Shown: positions 28,067-42,602, counted from the first letter of the whole stretch. The stretch: 56,785 bases of DNA, filler included, from Basidiobolus ranarum (GCA_040143965.1; 4 parts of 4 records of this genome joined end to end with filler, not necessarily neighbours in it), one strand, 5' to 3'. Numbers and translations are program-made. Notes: generated from the sequence alone by a model not told the origin.

Positions 28067-28375
28067 GACTTTATTTCAAACAAAGACTTATTAAGTGTGA
28101 CAGCTCAACTCAACTGAATGAGTATGAAGTTCCAAAAATGAAACCATTTTATAGCCACCTCGCTCTTACGCTCAACGTCTGAAAAACCTGACTTGCTATA
28201 AAGATTCCATAAATTTACTTTGTGAACCATTTGTGGATGTTAAGGATTGACGAACGTTTTAGGGATTGTAGCACACCAGCTCCTAGAAATTAATTCAACT
28301 TATGTTACGGACCATACCATCGTACTACGCCCAAGAGCTCACAAAGAGATCATCTTCAAATTAAGACTAAGCTGT

Positions 28376-28475
28376 NNNNNNNNNNNNNNNNNNNNNNNNN
28401 NNNNNNNNNNNNNNNNNNNTTAATTAATTAANNNNNNNNNNNNNNNNNNNNNNNNNNNNNNNNNNNNNNNNNNNN
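28376..28475. other. Artificial contig-joining spacer
   Basis: Same N44-TTAATTAATTAA-N44 spacer. Confidence 0.97.
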
Positions 28476-28676
<201 letters not shown>

Positions 28677-28992
28677 TTTCTACCTTTTACGACATTACTA
28701 TTATGCTGCAGATCGAATAAATATTCAATTCTTTGCCATATTTCAATATTTGGAATTCATCATTTATATAATTTAAGCGAATTTGGTGTAGAAACAGTTG
28801 CGCAGGAAATGATATGTTTGGAACACGAGTTTTCAATCCAAAATTTCGAAATCATTGAAAGTTATCTATACAAAACGGAGCATTCACAAGCGAAAGATAC
28901 AGTAATAATAATTTAGAATGAAATGTAATGCTTACCTAAATAAAGTTGCAGGAAATGATGCAATTGTTGACTGAAATATGAATATAATAACC

Positions 28993-31900
28993 CTATTTTT
29001 TGTTTAAGATATTTGATAGATTGAAACCGGATTTGATGGATTCCAATGATCCTGATGATTTCATTGAGCCTAATCTTCGAGGCGGATTTAGAGTAGATTT
29101 ACGACTGCTTCCAGGTAATGATGGGGGAAGTTTCGGTAGAATGCTTTGCTTTCGATTTCCGGCGTTGCTTAGTATAGAGAGGCGTTGATATCCGGGTCCA
29201 TTTAGTATAGAGCCCAGTCTTTTACCAGTGTTGGGTGCAATGGAGTATCTTGAGTGCTCAGTATTGCTGCTTTTGGGAGGTGATGAAACTATATCCGCAG
29301 ATGTATTTAGCTCAATTGATTGCCTGTTTTTCCCGAGGGCAATCTTTCTTTTTTTCTTCTGTACTGGATCAACTGACACATTATTTGAACTAGTAGAGTT
29401 TTCATTACCTACACCCAACGTTTGTCTCTTTCGATTGAAAGCTATCTTTTTCCTTTGGTTAGTTCCCTTGGGCGATATCTCATCAGAGATGCTATCTTCA
29501 GAGATCTGTGATATTGTGATATCTTCAATGATTGGCTTTTTCTTCCGCTCTAGCAACTTTTCCACTCTACCGGTTTTCTTGTTGGTTTCATAGTTGTTGG
29601 AGTCCATGCTATCTTCAAACTCCACTCTATCTACAGTGGTTGCATTGATAGATTTAATTTTCTTTCTACCACGGCTATTAGGTGAGGGGTTTTTCAATCC
29701 ACCAGCAGTACTATCGGGTATCTCTGAAGTCAAAATCTGCTGTACGATTTTCTTGGAATCATTTTTCGGGGATTGAGAAATTGATTTAGCGGGTGCAGTA
29801 GGTTTACTAACTTTCTTTCTACCGCGTTTTGAGGTTGACTCTGATGCTAGTTCTTCAGCTTGCGGAGTCAATTTCGAAGTGAGTTTCTTGTCAACCCTAC
29901 CTAATATGTTACTGGCTGTATTGGCGTCATGATCGTCATCTTTAATTGCATGTTTCTCTACGGACTCTGTACCAGAAGATTCCTCAGCAATGGTGTTCAA
30001 GTGAGGAATGACTGCAGATTTTTGGCGTTTGCGAATTGGCTTCGTCTTCGCTATTTTTACGACCTCAGAGTTAGTTTTTGAATGAGGAGTAAGAGAAAGC
30101 TCATCTTCATTGGAATTGATTGAATCACGGTCATTTATCCGTTTTCTGTTAGTGGGTGTAGATGACTCTCCCGGCTTATGTTTATTCTGATTGATTTTCT
30201 TCTCTAAAGATAAAATTTGACTTTTGAGTTGGTTACGCTCGTCGTTCCAATTAGATAATCGTTCTTCCAATTGAAATTGAGTATCTGCAGCTAAGTTGAC
30301 GGCATTCATGAATTTGTCTTGCATCTTTTTGAATTTCTCTTCCATTTTTGAATTGCCCTGTTGAGTGGAGTCACGAAGCACTTGCTTTGTATTGACCATG
30401 GATTCAGCATTATTAAATTTGAGTTCGAGCTCCTTAACCTGATGAATCAAATCTTTTTTCTCAGACGTCCAGCTCTTCAGTTCAAGTTGATGTTGCGCTA
30501 CGATGAACTCACTCTTAGCTTTAGCTGCACTTAACTCTCTCTATATTAAAAGAGAATAAACATGAATCTAAGGAAGTAAAAGACAATTTAAATCTAAACT
30601 ACATACATTCACCTCTTCAATGCGATCCGTCATTTGAATTTTCTGTTTTTCAAAAGAGTTTTGCCCATTTTTGGCTTCAGCACGGAGTTTTCTGATTGTT
30701 TGTTCAAGATCGGAGACCTTATAAATAAGTTCATCAGATGTTTGGCTACCACTAGTTCTTTCCAGCAACCATTTCTTACGTTCCTTTTCAATTTTGACCG
30801 TTCTTTTTTCGAGTTGTGTCTCCAGTGAGATATTTTCTTTTTCAAGAGTCTTGATTTTATGAGTTTGAGCCTCGAATTTTTTGCTCTCATCTTGTAGCTT
30901 CTCCTTAAGCTCGTGGTTCTCTGTCTGGAGTTGTCGAGCATTTTGAGTTTCCAAAGTTAGTTTTTCCAATATCTGATTATGAGCTTCTTTGAGCTCAGAA
31001 TACGTTGTCCGAAGGGTACAAAGAATTTCTTCAACGGATTTTAGCTCTAGTTTGGAGGTGATTACGGACTCTTGACATCTCTCATAATCAGTTGCTTGTT
31101 CATCAAACGAATTCTAAAATTAAGTGGTCGTGAGTACCATATCTACAATTAAATAAATCCATTCGAAATTCTAAACTCTACCTGTAAAACTGCGAGTTTG
31201 AGTTCGACATTAGTGCATTTCATCGCCAACATATCTCGTTGGTCAGTGACAAGTGCTACAGAGGAAGAATATAAATAACGCGGTCAATATGTATTTTCGA
31301 TTTATCTTACTTACACAGATTAACGCGGACTCTACGAATATCTTCTTTTAATGTGACAATTTCGGTGGTCATTGTAGATGACGATAATCTAGCATCCATT
31401 GTCGATATAATCTCACTGGCTTGTAACTAAGAGAAAGTCAAGCAAAATTAACTAATGCAGTCACCACTTTGAACAGAAAATCTCTTACTTCGTTGCATTG
31501 TTCCTTTAAGTTAACGCAGTTCTTCGTCAAATCATGAATTTTATTTTGAAGTGACTTGTTTGTATCTTGAAATTCCTGAAGCAGGGCTTCTTGCTGACGT
31601 AGAATCCCAAATTGAGTTTCATAATCGGCCTAGGGGAAACTTCGTGAATACTCTATAGAAAATAGAATAATTCTATAAAAATGTACTTGAATCTTTTTCA
31701 GTTCAGTCTTGTATTGTTTGCATCTTCTTTCATGTTGGATCACTCTCCGATCGATGCTATTCATTTTCTGAGTAGAAAGAACTGATTAAAAGATAAGCGA
31801 AGAAGTATTATAGACATTTCTTCATACCTCGCGTGTTTTCATTTTTCTAAGAATCTCTCCAAATTCTAGCAACTCGGCAGTTTCCCGATTGAGTTCCCTT

Positions 31901-33516
31901 TCAGTTGACTGTAAATAGTGGTAAATATTAAGATGTTGATACCAATAGTTACAACTCCGCTTACCTCTACGTTAAAAACAAACAAACTTTTGCAATTTCC
32001 CGATAAAAATTCTGATATTGTTGAATGTTAATGTATGCATTTGCAAATGCTGATCAAATCTAAACCCGAACCTGAGATAAGTAGAGTCAAGTACGTATCA
32101 TCGTGAGGCAAAGGGCCCACGAACGATCCCGATGTTAGTTGAGTTGCAATTTTTCCTAGAAAGTTCATAAATACCAGAAGTTGTATGTATCATATCAAAT
32201 TCTCCTACTTATTATATAAAAAGACTTGGAAACACCGCTGATAGTAGAGGTAACAGGTGTTTCTTTGGTCATAATAGAATCCATAGGAATGTAGCGTGGC
32301 ACGCCCATATCAATCTATACAAATACACTCAGTAAAATTGATCTTCTATTAAATGCCCAAGATTCATCAAACATTCAACAAACCAAGTAGAGTGTGCCCG
32401 ATGTGGGATCAGTACCGGAGGTTTCAAACCGAATAGCAAGTACAAAAGGTAAGGTACAACCTAGATATTATCATGTTCATCAAATAGATAATAAATATCA
32501 ATTCAACCAAAACTGAAGTACCTTGCGAAAGCTTTTCCTCTATTTCTTCGAAAGATTGAATTGGTGAAAGAAAAGGGTCGACCCCATGGTTTAAGAGATC
32601 AGCTATAACATCCAAAGAATAATTTGAGTACTCCACTATTGGTATCCCAGTAGAGACACATAAATCTTACCTGTTACTGAACGGCCTGTTTGTAGATCAA
32701 TACATTTCTTGTCGGTAACGCTCAAATATCTGAATGATTTCAATCCAGTATTAGAAACGAGCTTGTTTCGTGATACTCACCATGAGGTTACTCACGCATA
32801 CGATATAGTTAAGTTCTTCTGATCATTAATTTCGTGTTTTTTCAGAGTATTCATGAAAGGAACCAGCACTTTCATTCTGGATAAGCAATCATGGTATGAA
32901 GATAACTTCTAACACAACTTCATGTAAACAAAACTATTACCTATCGTATAGAGCTTTTTTACTCATACTTGAAATGAATACGAAATCGTTAGATATTATT
33001 AACTTGTATATATACAAAAAATCACACCAACCCAATTCCTAGGTTAAATATCACAGCATTACCACCTACAGAAAACAATAAGGATATGCATTCAACATTA
33101 GTAATTTCATTTGCTGATTCATAAAATACCTACCGTTAATGGCAAAATCAACACTATCTTCTACCCTGTTATCTTCGTAAACATCAAGTTTATCAGAACC
33201 ATAGCAACGATCAAAATAAAGCCTCTTTCTAAAGTAGGAGAGATGTGTTTGCAGTTTGAAGTTAAAGCTAATTATGTAAGGGAAAGCCTACGTCTCGGGA
33301 GAACCATCGACACCTTGTAATAGATACTTAAGATCAGTCAAATTTCATTGCTTCCGGATACGATAGATACTGATAAGAACCTTTTTCAAGAGTCAAAACA
33401 AGGTACTTGTTATTTTCACCAAATGAAAGTGCTTTTCCTTTTAAAGGATAATTAGTTGGCGTTGGGTTGGGATGTAACTGCACCAGTACATTGACATTGC
33501 CAACTATACAGGCCAT
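28993..33516 (-). CDS. Kinesin-fold protein with degenerate motor domain, long coiled coil and basic disordered tail (~19 exons)
   Basis: Manual GT-AG splicing gives one open frame: NVNVLVQLHP...LYFDRCYG...VDFAINGGNAVIFNLGIGMSKK...ISYLSVTDKKCIDL...IQSFEEIEEKLSQG...GTLYLIDMG...SKSFYIIRKIATQL...LPHDDTYLTLLISEFLSGNCKSLFVFNV...ETAELLEFGEILRKMK. This is co-linear with kinesin motor motifs and joins in frame to ORFs 30568-30969 and 28993-30450. Confidence 0.8.
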
Positions 33517-35430
33517 GTTTGAACTAGCGTAGACGAAGAGAGCGACTTAATAGTATTGCAGTTAAGCTAAGTAATTTTCAATATTAGAAAGGCTATGTGA
33601 AGTAGTACTTGTAGGTTTTTTGGTTTTTTGCTTACAGTCCCCAACTGCCTGGTAAAATACTATTCTAATAAACCAGTATGAAAGTTAACCTCTCCCGGGT
33701 TTGTTTATCATTTCTATCCAATCAAGCATATTCCGTCTAGCTATGGTTGAGTTGGAGGAATTTGGAAGTAGATCAATGCTGGTTGCAATACCAATTTGGA
33801 CCTATTCTAATACAAAGTATATGTAGTAAATGATCAATGAAACAATCAGTATCTTCGGAAGTCACTACATGAAAAATGAGGTAAGTAGATTTCGAAATGG
33901 TTGTAAAGGTTGAGCGGAATCAAATGAAGAATATTGAGTATGTGCCAAGATTAAACTACACCATACAATTGTAGAATTGAATTGAGAGAATTCCAGTTTT
34001 AGGTAACTCTCATCCAAATCTAGTTTGCCATGGATATAGTATTGATTTTTGAGTCAAGCGATCTCACTTCTTTTGCCTCAAACGGTAGTTTACGCGCTTC
34101 ACAATGGCATGCTGTAGAGCGTAGATATCAGTCACAGTTCCCAGTCCAACTTCTGCTCAGTATATTTATCAACATCATTTACTCTGTTCTATGTATAGAG
34201 GAAAAATAACCCAAAATATAGAAGTTAGTACAGCTTTACTAGATCTCGTGATAGAGACGCGCAAGCGCAGAGCTTATGGATGTTATTCACAATGGATGCG
34301 TTCGTGGAAGTGCTATCTCAGTGCTGATGGAATCTGAACATAAAGCCAGTCGACAAAGTTGAAGAATATAGTAACTCTCTACGTGGTCTCTATTTAGTCT
34401 CATAACTTTATCAGAGTGCAACATAAATCCTAAAACTCGAATCTTTAACTATCACCTACGCGGAGGTAAATTTCCTCGGTGTAAAGTAATAAATTCATGT
34501 AGCATTGAAAGAGATACGTGATACCTACAGCCCTTGGATGTATTCATTTCATTGGGTTATTGAATGTGAGTGGATCATTCTCGTCGGATACATAGGAGGC
34601 TCTGTTGAAGTACCTTCTCGGTATTTAGTAATAACATACGAAGGAGATGAATTTTCAAGATTGGGGCAGGCGGCGTTGATCCAAATGCACATTTTCACAA
34701 CTCCCTATATATCAGCAACATTGAGTTCAAAGATGATCTGGTTTGATTGGGATGCCAATGGGGATTAGCGATGCTGCTAACATATCTATATGTTGATGGA
34801 CACTCGTTGGAAAGCGATGCACATCCACGGATAAAAAACTAGTCACAACCCTGTCCAGGAGGTGTAGCCTGTCATTTCAAAAGACCATATGCGGCACTAA
34901 ATCGTCGATCATTTGAGTGCAGGCTAATACTCAACTTTCCTCTGAACATCCAAATTCATATATGGTAAATGCCCAATTAGGCGCTTGAGAGTTGAGCCTT
35001 AAGCTGGGGACAAGCCTCTTACTGGAAGTATCAGATCTAGATAAGTCGAGACCTATAATTGTCTTCGTCCAGAATTAGCAAATCATCTTCCATTAACATT
35101 ATGAGGTTGGCCATTTCACATTTCCATTGCGACTATCTATTTCAGTATTTTCCCTGAACTGGCAGGTATTCTGCGGATTTTTTAGCTTAGTCTAGCACTC
35201 GGCCCCACATATACATGTTAGACTATATTTATGAAGCTAAGCATTTTCCTGAAGTCCAATGAAATGATAAGTGTATCTTGAAAACTCAAGTTTATTTTTA
35301 AGAATATTGGCACCCTTGGCATTACCGAAAAACTAATCTTTCGTAATGAACCTTCTGGTTCATTTCAAATGCACAAAAAATTCCACCAAATATCAACATT
35401 TCCGTAAGTATTAGTGATTGGTGTCATAAT

Positions 35431-35760
35431 TGTTGAAATTAGCATTGTCTAAACACCTATATAGTCATATATAGCTTAGTATTTAGTTATCCTATACTTC
35501 ACTAAGATATTACCCGTTATTCTCAAGAGAAATTTACTTGGAAGTTCTCAGATATATAGATTTTTCAAACTTGTGCTAGAAGCCCCAAACTTTGCGCACA
35601 TGTTTCTGGGGCCTTCCTTAAAATATTTTACACGTTAGTTTATTTACATCTTTACAAAACTATAAATGTCAACTTTCTACTCAATAAATCAATAGGTGAA
35701 AACCACCAATTTCTCTAGTTCTCCAAATCACTTCCAACAGGCTTCCAAACTACTTCAACA
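35431..35760 (+). mobile_element. Solo Ty1/Copia-type LTR (330 bp)
   Basis: TGTTGAA...TTCAACA inverted termini, internal TATATAG and AATAAA, with homologous copies on other contigs. TSD imperfect (ATAAT/ATATA). Confidence 0.85.
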
Positions 35761-36656
35761 ATATAATGTAAAGCAAAGCAGTATAACAAGACCAAAACAT
35801 ATACTTCTCCTACTTGAACTTTTTATTTGCAATACCAGTGATTTGATGAAGTTTGACTTAGCAGTTCAACAGTTAAGCTACTGATCAGATACACAATTGT
35901 TAGACCTTCGCTATATATATATATGGTGTTTAACTAGAACAATAGATCCTCTTTCCACTCTAGCATATCTCTACCCATACTATAGAGCCAACTGACTATT
36001 GTGGCGCATTAATAGCAGACAATTTCTAAGTAGTCCAAGTACACCAACTCATACTTCTAATATGGCAACTATTCAGCACTAATATGAAAATTGCCATTCG
36101 GTTTCAATTTGAGTGAAATAATATCGTAAACTTCATCCAAGTTTAATAATTCCTATCAAATAATCGGCCGCTCAGTTGAATTTTTGTAGGGTTAGGGTTT
36201 CTTAAAAAAGGGCCAATTGTGTCACTACAGGGGAAATCATTTGCTGACGAGTAAACCATTTTAGCGTATTCGTTCTCTGTAAAGAAACCTAACGAACGAA
36301 TTGCAACTTGAAGTGTGGGAAGATCCTGAAATTCCCCCACTCTGTAAATCTAAATGATGGGTGTGTGCAACAACCTGTCAAAATCCGATAAATTAGAAAA
36401 ATGCTCTATAAAGATAATCTCATTACAATATGAATTACCAGGTTTCTAGTTCAATTTAATACTTTTGTTACATATTAAGGATCTAGCCACCAACGTAAAT
36501 ATTGGAAATACATCGAATTATAATCGTTTCGTAATCAAATATAGCAAAAAGTTTTCCCACCCTTGGTGCATCAACTAGACCTGTAATCGTATTTTCTTAT
36601 CATTTATAACCCTAGCCTGCGCCTGTCAAAAGGTTGAACTTTTTCTCAGATAAAGT

Positions 36657-38088
36657 ATGTCCCGTTCTTTTGTACCTCTTCGTTCCCTCTCTAAATTATC
36701 ATTAACAAGCATGGCTACTCGTCGCTACAGTTCTAGAATTCATGAGGTAGTTGCCAATGAACTTCAGGCCACTAGAGATGCCGGTACATTCAAGAGCGAA
36801 CGCATTATCACTACCCCTCAGCGTAGTGCAATCCGAGTTCAGGATCCTAATGATAAAAATGTCACCACTCCTCAGATTAATATGTGTGCCAACAACTACC
36901 TTGGTCTTTCTGATCACCCAGCAGTCGTTGCTCGTGCCAAAGAATACTTGGACTCTCATGGTGCTGGTCTTTCTTCTGTTCGTTTTATTTGTGGTACCCA
37001 AGATATTCACAAAAAACTTGAGAAGCAGATCAGTGATTTTTATGGCACCGAGGATACCATTTTGTATGCTTCTTGCTTCGATGCAAATGCTGGTATCTTT
37101 GAAGTTCTATTGAACGATCAAGATGCCATTATTAGTGACGCTCTCAACCATGCCTCCATTATTGATGGTGTTCGTCTTTGCAAGGCTAAGAGATTCAGAT
37201 ATCAGAATTGCGATATTGAAGGTAATATGCATATATATATATATATAGTGTTGTGAACAATTTTCCAACTTTTATTTCTATGTTGCAGATTTAGAGAAGC
37301 AGCTTCAAGCCGCTGATAGCCAAGGTGCCAGAATCAAGATGATCGCAACTGGTAGGTGTTTTCATATTCCATTTCTAGGACATAGCAATTTTGATTAATG
37401 ACTTCTTGTATTTTCAGATGGTGTCTTTTCCATGGATGGTAAGATTGCTCCTTTAGATAAAATTTGTGACGTAGCTGAAAAATACAATGCCGTCATTTTC
37501 GTGGATGATTGCCACGCTACCGGATTTTTGGGTAAAACTGGCCGTGGTACCCCTGAACATTTCGGAGTTCAAGACCGAGTACATATCGTCAACTCCACTT
37601 TAGGAAAGGCTTTAGGTGGCGCTGCTGGTGGTTATACTACTACTACTGCGGATATCGTTTCTTTATTACGTAATCGTAGTCGTCCTTATCTGTTTTCCAA
37701 TTCTTTACCTTCACCTGTGGTTGGGGCTGCATCTGCCGCTATTCAGCTCGTTGATGAAGGCAAAGCCGGGTTAGATCGCCTCTGGGCTAATACTCATCTC
37801 TTCCGTAGCAAACTCAAGGCTGCTGGATTTACTGTCAAGGGTGATAACCATCCCATCACTCCAGTGATGTTAGGAGATGCACGTCTGGCTTCCGAATTCG
37901 CTGATGAGATGCTTCAAAAGGGAATTTATGTTGTTGGGTTTTCTTATCCTGTTGTTCCAAAGGGACAGGCACGTATCCGTGTTCAGTTGTCCGCTGCTCA
38001 CTCTACTGAGGAAGTAGAAAAGGCTGCTAACGCTTTCATTGAAATCGGACGTAGACGCGGTGTTATTCCTTCTGAAAGCAAGCTGTAA
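36657..38088 (+). CDS. GCAT: 2-amino-3-ketobutyrate CoA ligase (glycine C-acetyltransferase), mitochondrial, 3 exons
   Basis: Arg/Ser-rich presequence, [68 protein letters not shown] and [22 protein letters not shown]. Confidence 0.95.
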
Positions 38089-39354
38089 ATTTAATGTTAT
38101 ATCCCAATCAAGTAATAAAACAAACCTAATTATTTGGGTTCCTAACAAATACGCAAGCCACTTCACGAGTGTTTTGTGGCGTTATCATTTCACTTTATTT
38201 TCCTCAACACATTCTACCAAAGCGCTAGGATCTTGGGGCTATTTCCATCCTATATTTAGTAATTACCACAACAAACATCAGCTTGGTATAGCAAGTAATA
38301 ATCCGATATTTGAGGTGTATTAAGTGAATGGTATTTTGGGATATCAGAATGAATGAAACGTAGTGTTAGCTCAAGGGGTTTCATGTACTCTGTTTTCTTA
38401 GATACTTGTACTCAATATTATCTTAATAATACAGGCAAAAGTTCACCAACATCATATCTACAGCAAAGTTATCTCAATGATTAGCTCTTATTCACTGCCT
38501 CATTCTTGGGCAAGTGCTAAGCTTGAGTATATTTCTAGTATATATATCTGCTACAATCTGATGCCCTACTGAATAGAGAAGTTGTAAGTGTCAATATTTG
38601 AGAGAATCCTCCTAGGAAACAAGGTTTAGCACTATTGAGAACTTGGATTTTACATATTTATTAATTGAGAGACACAACCATAGAAGTTCAGTCTTTTATT
38701 CACAACACTTAGCGTGTATATTTACATAAATATGTACAAATGTGTATTACATCAAAAGACAAGAATTCATACATTTTGTAAACCTCAAAGTCCCAAGTAA
38801 AAGTGATTGAATAGATTGGATGGGTCCAAACATATGACAAAGTGTTGCGTTTTAAGGGGATAATTCTAGCTGCTCGTGACTTACGGATATATATAGATAT
38901 ACTTGCACGGCCATTCAGCACTCTCAAATAGTTTCTTGTTGCTGAGTGATAGAGTCTTCAATAACACATACTTTTCGCCCTGAGCCATGGTAAATGTTCA
39001 GATGAAATAGAAGTTGAATATCCAGATAGCATAATGCCAACTGAATACTGCATTCTACTTTCAATATGAAGTAGTTTGAAGTATCAAACCGCACAGGCGG
39101 GAATCCTAAAATCCTCAAAAATGGCGTATTCTGTTTATGTTACACCGTTGACATCCATTTGAAATACAGACACGAAATACCAGATGTCGCAATGGTAAAG
39201 AATATCAGTATCGACTTCCAAATACAAAATGACTTGATTAATTACCATTATGCATCCATTGAGGCATCTCAATATTTTCTTGCGTAATTTCGATTTTGTT
39301 GGCATTAAACCGACGCAAATAGCGAATTGCTTAATAGCAAATGGGAATTTAAAG

Positions 39355-40847
39355 CCAATCCGGACGCCTAGATAGCTGCCTGTAGATCATCTATTTGATT
39401 GTGGTGATGTATACCCTTCATTGTTTCACATGGGCACTTGGAATATATTGACAACCAATCTCTCCATTTAGTCTCAAGCTGCTTGGTAATATTTCCATGG
39501 GAAGATCGAAGGCCTAATCCTGTCATATACACATGATCGCTTTCGAATCAATGCATGAGATAGCGTCTATAGGATGGAACAATCGAGATATCCAGGCACT
39601 CGATTAGTTTTCATTCAAAAACACGAAGGGCTGATCTACAACTAATGAATCAGATTTAGTAAGGATGATACAGGATACACACGAGGTGAGCGTTACAAAG
39701 AGCGTTTTATTGGAAACCAAGAAGAATTTGTCACTCTACTCAGCCATCAAATAAACGGACAGAAACCGGTTACTGAACAGGTTTTAGCAAAGGAGTTTGA
39801 TTTCAACAGGTCCAATTGTTATGCCATAAACTCGGCATTGGAGTTCTACATACTATTAACATATTGCTTAAAATACTTGTTGGCTTACTATTTTACATCG
39901 CTGGCTCTCATTGTTTTTCGGCAACATGCCTGGCAATATCCAATCACTCATGTGTAGTGCTGTGATGTGCTCATGTTACCGACTCAAGATAGTAAATGAT
40001 TTACTAAAGGAGTTGTGTACTGTTGGGCCGATATTTACCAGCAACATCCAACGTGTCAATTGGTGAAACCTTTCATCTTGAGATAGGAAGAGTCCCTGTT
40101 GTTGTAATCATTCCCGAAACAACGCGGACGGACTAGACACAAATATGACACTATAACTATGTCATTTTGTGAATGGGAAAATGAAACATAGACAGACCAA
40201 ATCGATCTACATGAATTTACAATGAATATGCATCCTCAGTCGACATTTTCCCAATAAGATGGTGTGTTTTCCAATGAGCAATTTAGCAGTTAGAATCATC
40301 TAAGGATTCCTGGCCGGTTTTGAATCAAGTAACGCATGTACCTTACACCAGTGTACATTGATGAGTAGCCAGTCAGAGATGTTCTTAAGTTGTTTGACTG
40401 GTTAAGCTGATTTTGCGCACTTCCCTAGGGCCCTAATAAGACCTCGGGAAAATCCCACCATGATTGGCCTTACCATTCACATTTACCGAGTTGCGTGGGT
40501 CCAATCAGCAGACTGTAATGTCCCAACAACTTTGTATTGCGTATCGTTATGTTGTGCTTTTCAAAGCATAGTGGTACTTCCTAACCCACTTCGGTGATTG
40601 TTCAGATCTCCAATCAAGATACAATGTACAAAGACCACTGCAGGGATCATGATGTGGATAAGAGACTTCTGTTGAGTGTTGAATCATAAGCATTGAGTGG
40701 CACCTAAATGGCTCCTTGATTTGACATGCGTTGATGAAATACTGGCTAAATAAGTACTTCGCTACGGAATGGCCATAGCCAAATTTCTTATCTCAATTTT
40801 GCTGGGTAAGTACAAATTCTTAGGTGCTTACAGCACGTGTTGATTGG
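39355..40847. promoter_or_regulatory. Cluster of CCAAT boxes upstream of a zinc-finger gene
   Basis: CCAATC/GATTGG at 39355, 39455, 39940, 40462, 40501, 40610 and 40842. Confidence 0.4.
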
Positions 40848-41541
40848 ACAGAGACAGAAGATAACAGGCCAATGGCCGATGATTGATTGTCTTACTTTAT
40901 ATTAGTCTCACCTGTTTACTCTTTAATTTGACGCTGAATTTGAAAGCTTTTACATCACACTATTAGACCGTTGGAAAATACTGAGATAGCGAGTTGAAGT
41001 TCCAAGATAATTTCAAACAAATGAAAAATGACATTGTAACACAAAATATTCTAAAGCCCGAAATTTACTAAACTTGGAGAGAGAAACAACACCACTGATT
41101 GAGTGGCAGACGTATGAGGAGGAAAGGGTCTATAGAATCTAGAATTTAATTAACATTGGGCTTGCTTCAATCGATTGATGGGCATGTCGGCAATATATAA
41201 GCAGAACGATGTCCCTTGATGAGCTCAATAATCTGATCGTATGTTTTGCTGATTACAGTTACTTTCTCACAACCTAGCGGCGAATCATAGAATAATTGGA
41301 GTTGCTGACATCTATACCATCCATCTCGTGTGTTTTCACAGTAAAATACCTTAGGCGATATCTGATATACCATTCGTTAAAAGTCAGCATTGTCCTTTAC
41401 AATCCTCTTGTATTCTTCTATCGTTCATCTGCTACCAAGTTGTACCGATTTCCACTAAGACTCATCTTGCTAAACCTGGCCCATTATTCGACGCACGTCT
41501 TAGTGTATTGTACATTTCTTTGATACTAACTATTTGAAACT

Positions 41542-42602
41542 ATGGAGAATGAACCCTTTGGCCACATTTCTGCTGCTTACGATTCTAGAACCAGCCTATC
41601 TTCCGATTCTACTTTAAATAGCGATAATACTCCCTTCTTTGCTACACAAGGGTTGAATGATTCATTCGCATTCATGTTAAACTCGAATCAATATTCGGAT
41701 TTCGATGGAAATATACCACCCTTGCCTGTCACAGGTAAACTTTGCATTCTGCTATAAACACTTAGCCATCTGCGATGATTGGAATTTAAAATCTTACCTA
41801 AATTTTTAGAGCCCCTTCAGTTATTCCCAAGTTCTACGGATCTGGAAGAATGGTCCCTCCCATTGCTAGAATTCAACGAATTAAGCGGCAATGAGTTGAT
41901 TCTCGAATGTTTACCGGCGACTTCCAACGAGTACGAGACTGTAATGGATTTAGATACCTCTTCAGAATCAAATATGCCTTCACCGTTAAGCAGTAGTTTT
42001 GATTCTGATAAATCAACAGTGGATCCTCAGATATCCTTAAAATACAGCCGTGACGCCAGATATCCACTGTCAAGCATAAGATATATTCCCGATCAAAATC
42101 CAGTTCCTGATGGCTTGACGGAAGCGAATCAAGCGGCTACATTCAGAGGTAAACATCGACCATCCAATTTGGTTATTTCCTCAAGTGTTGAACATTTACT
42201 GCCATACTCTATGGCACCTGGAATCACTAGATCCACCACATCTCCAGAAGAAGTCAAATTTGGTTTCAATATCACACCACCTTTAACCCCATCTACGATT
42301 TCAAACACTTCCTCTTTTTTTCGTTTGACCAAAGCAAATCGACGTTTTCGTTGTCGATTAGGGACTATGAGTGCCAAAAATCTGTGTCATGGCATGAAAC
42401 CTAAAAAACTACAAGGAAAGAAAAGAAAAGAAAGCGTGGAGATAAAGGATGAAGAGGCAGAGAATAATACTTGCCAGTTTTGCCAACGTCCATTTAAGCG
42501 TAAACATGATTTACAACGTCATGTGAGATTGCATACTGGAGAGAAGCCGTTTCAATGTAGTCAGTGCCTTCTTGCTTTCTCACGAACGGATACACTACGA
42601 AG
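41542..42602 (+). CDS. C2H2 zinc-finger transcription factor (3' truncated by contig end), intron ~41735-41809
   Basis: Acidic Ser-rich N-terminus followed by CQFC...RKHDLQRHVRLH-TGEKPF-QCSQC...RTDTLR. Confidence 0.9.

Noticed and set aside
33600-35400. Possible decayed coding sequence between the kinesin-like gene and the solo LTR
   Set aside because: The frames I tried had frequent stops and no motif or consistent splice model I could support.
35696-35884. 62-aa ORF
   Set aside because: Begins inside the solo LTR with a GTG start; not a credible gene.
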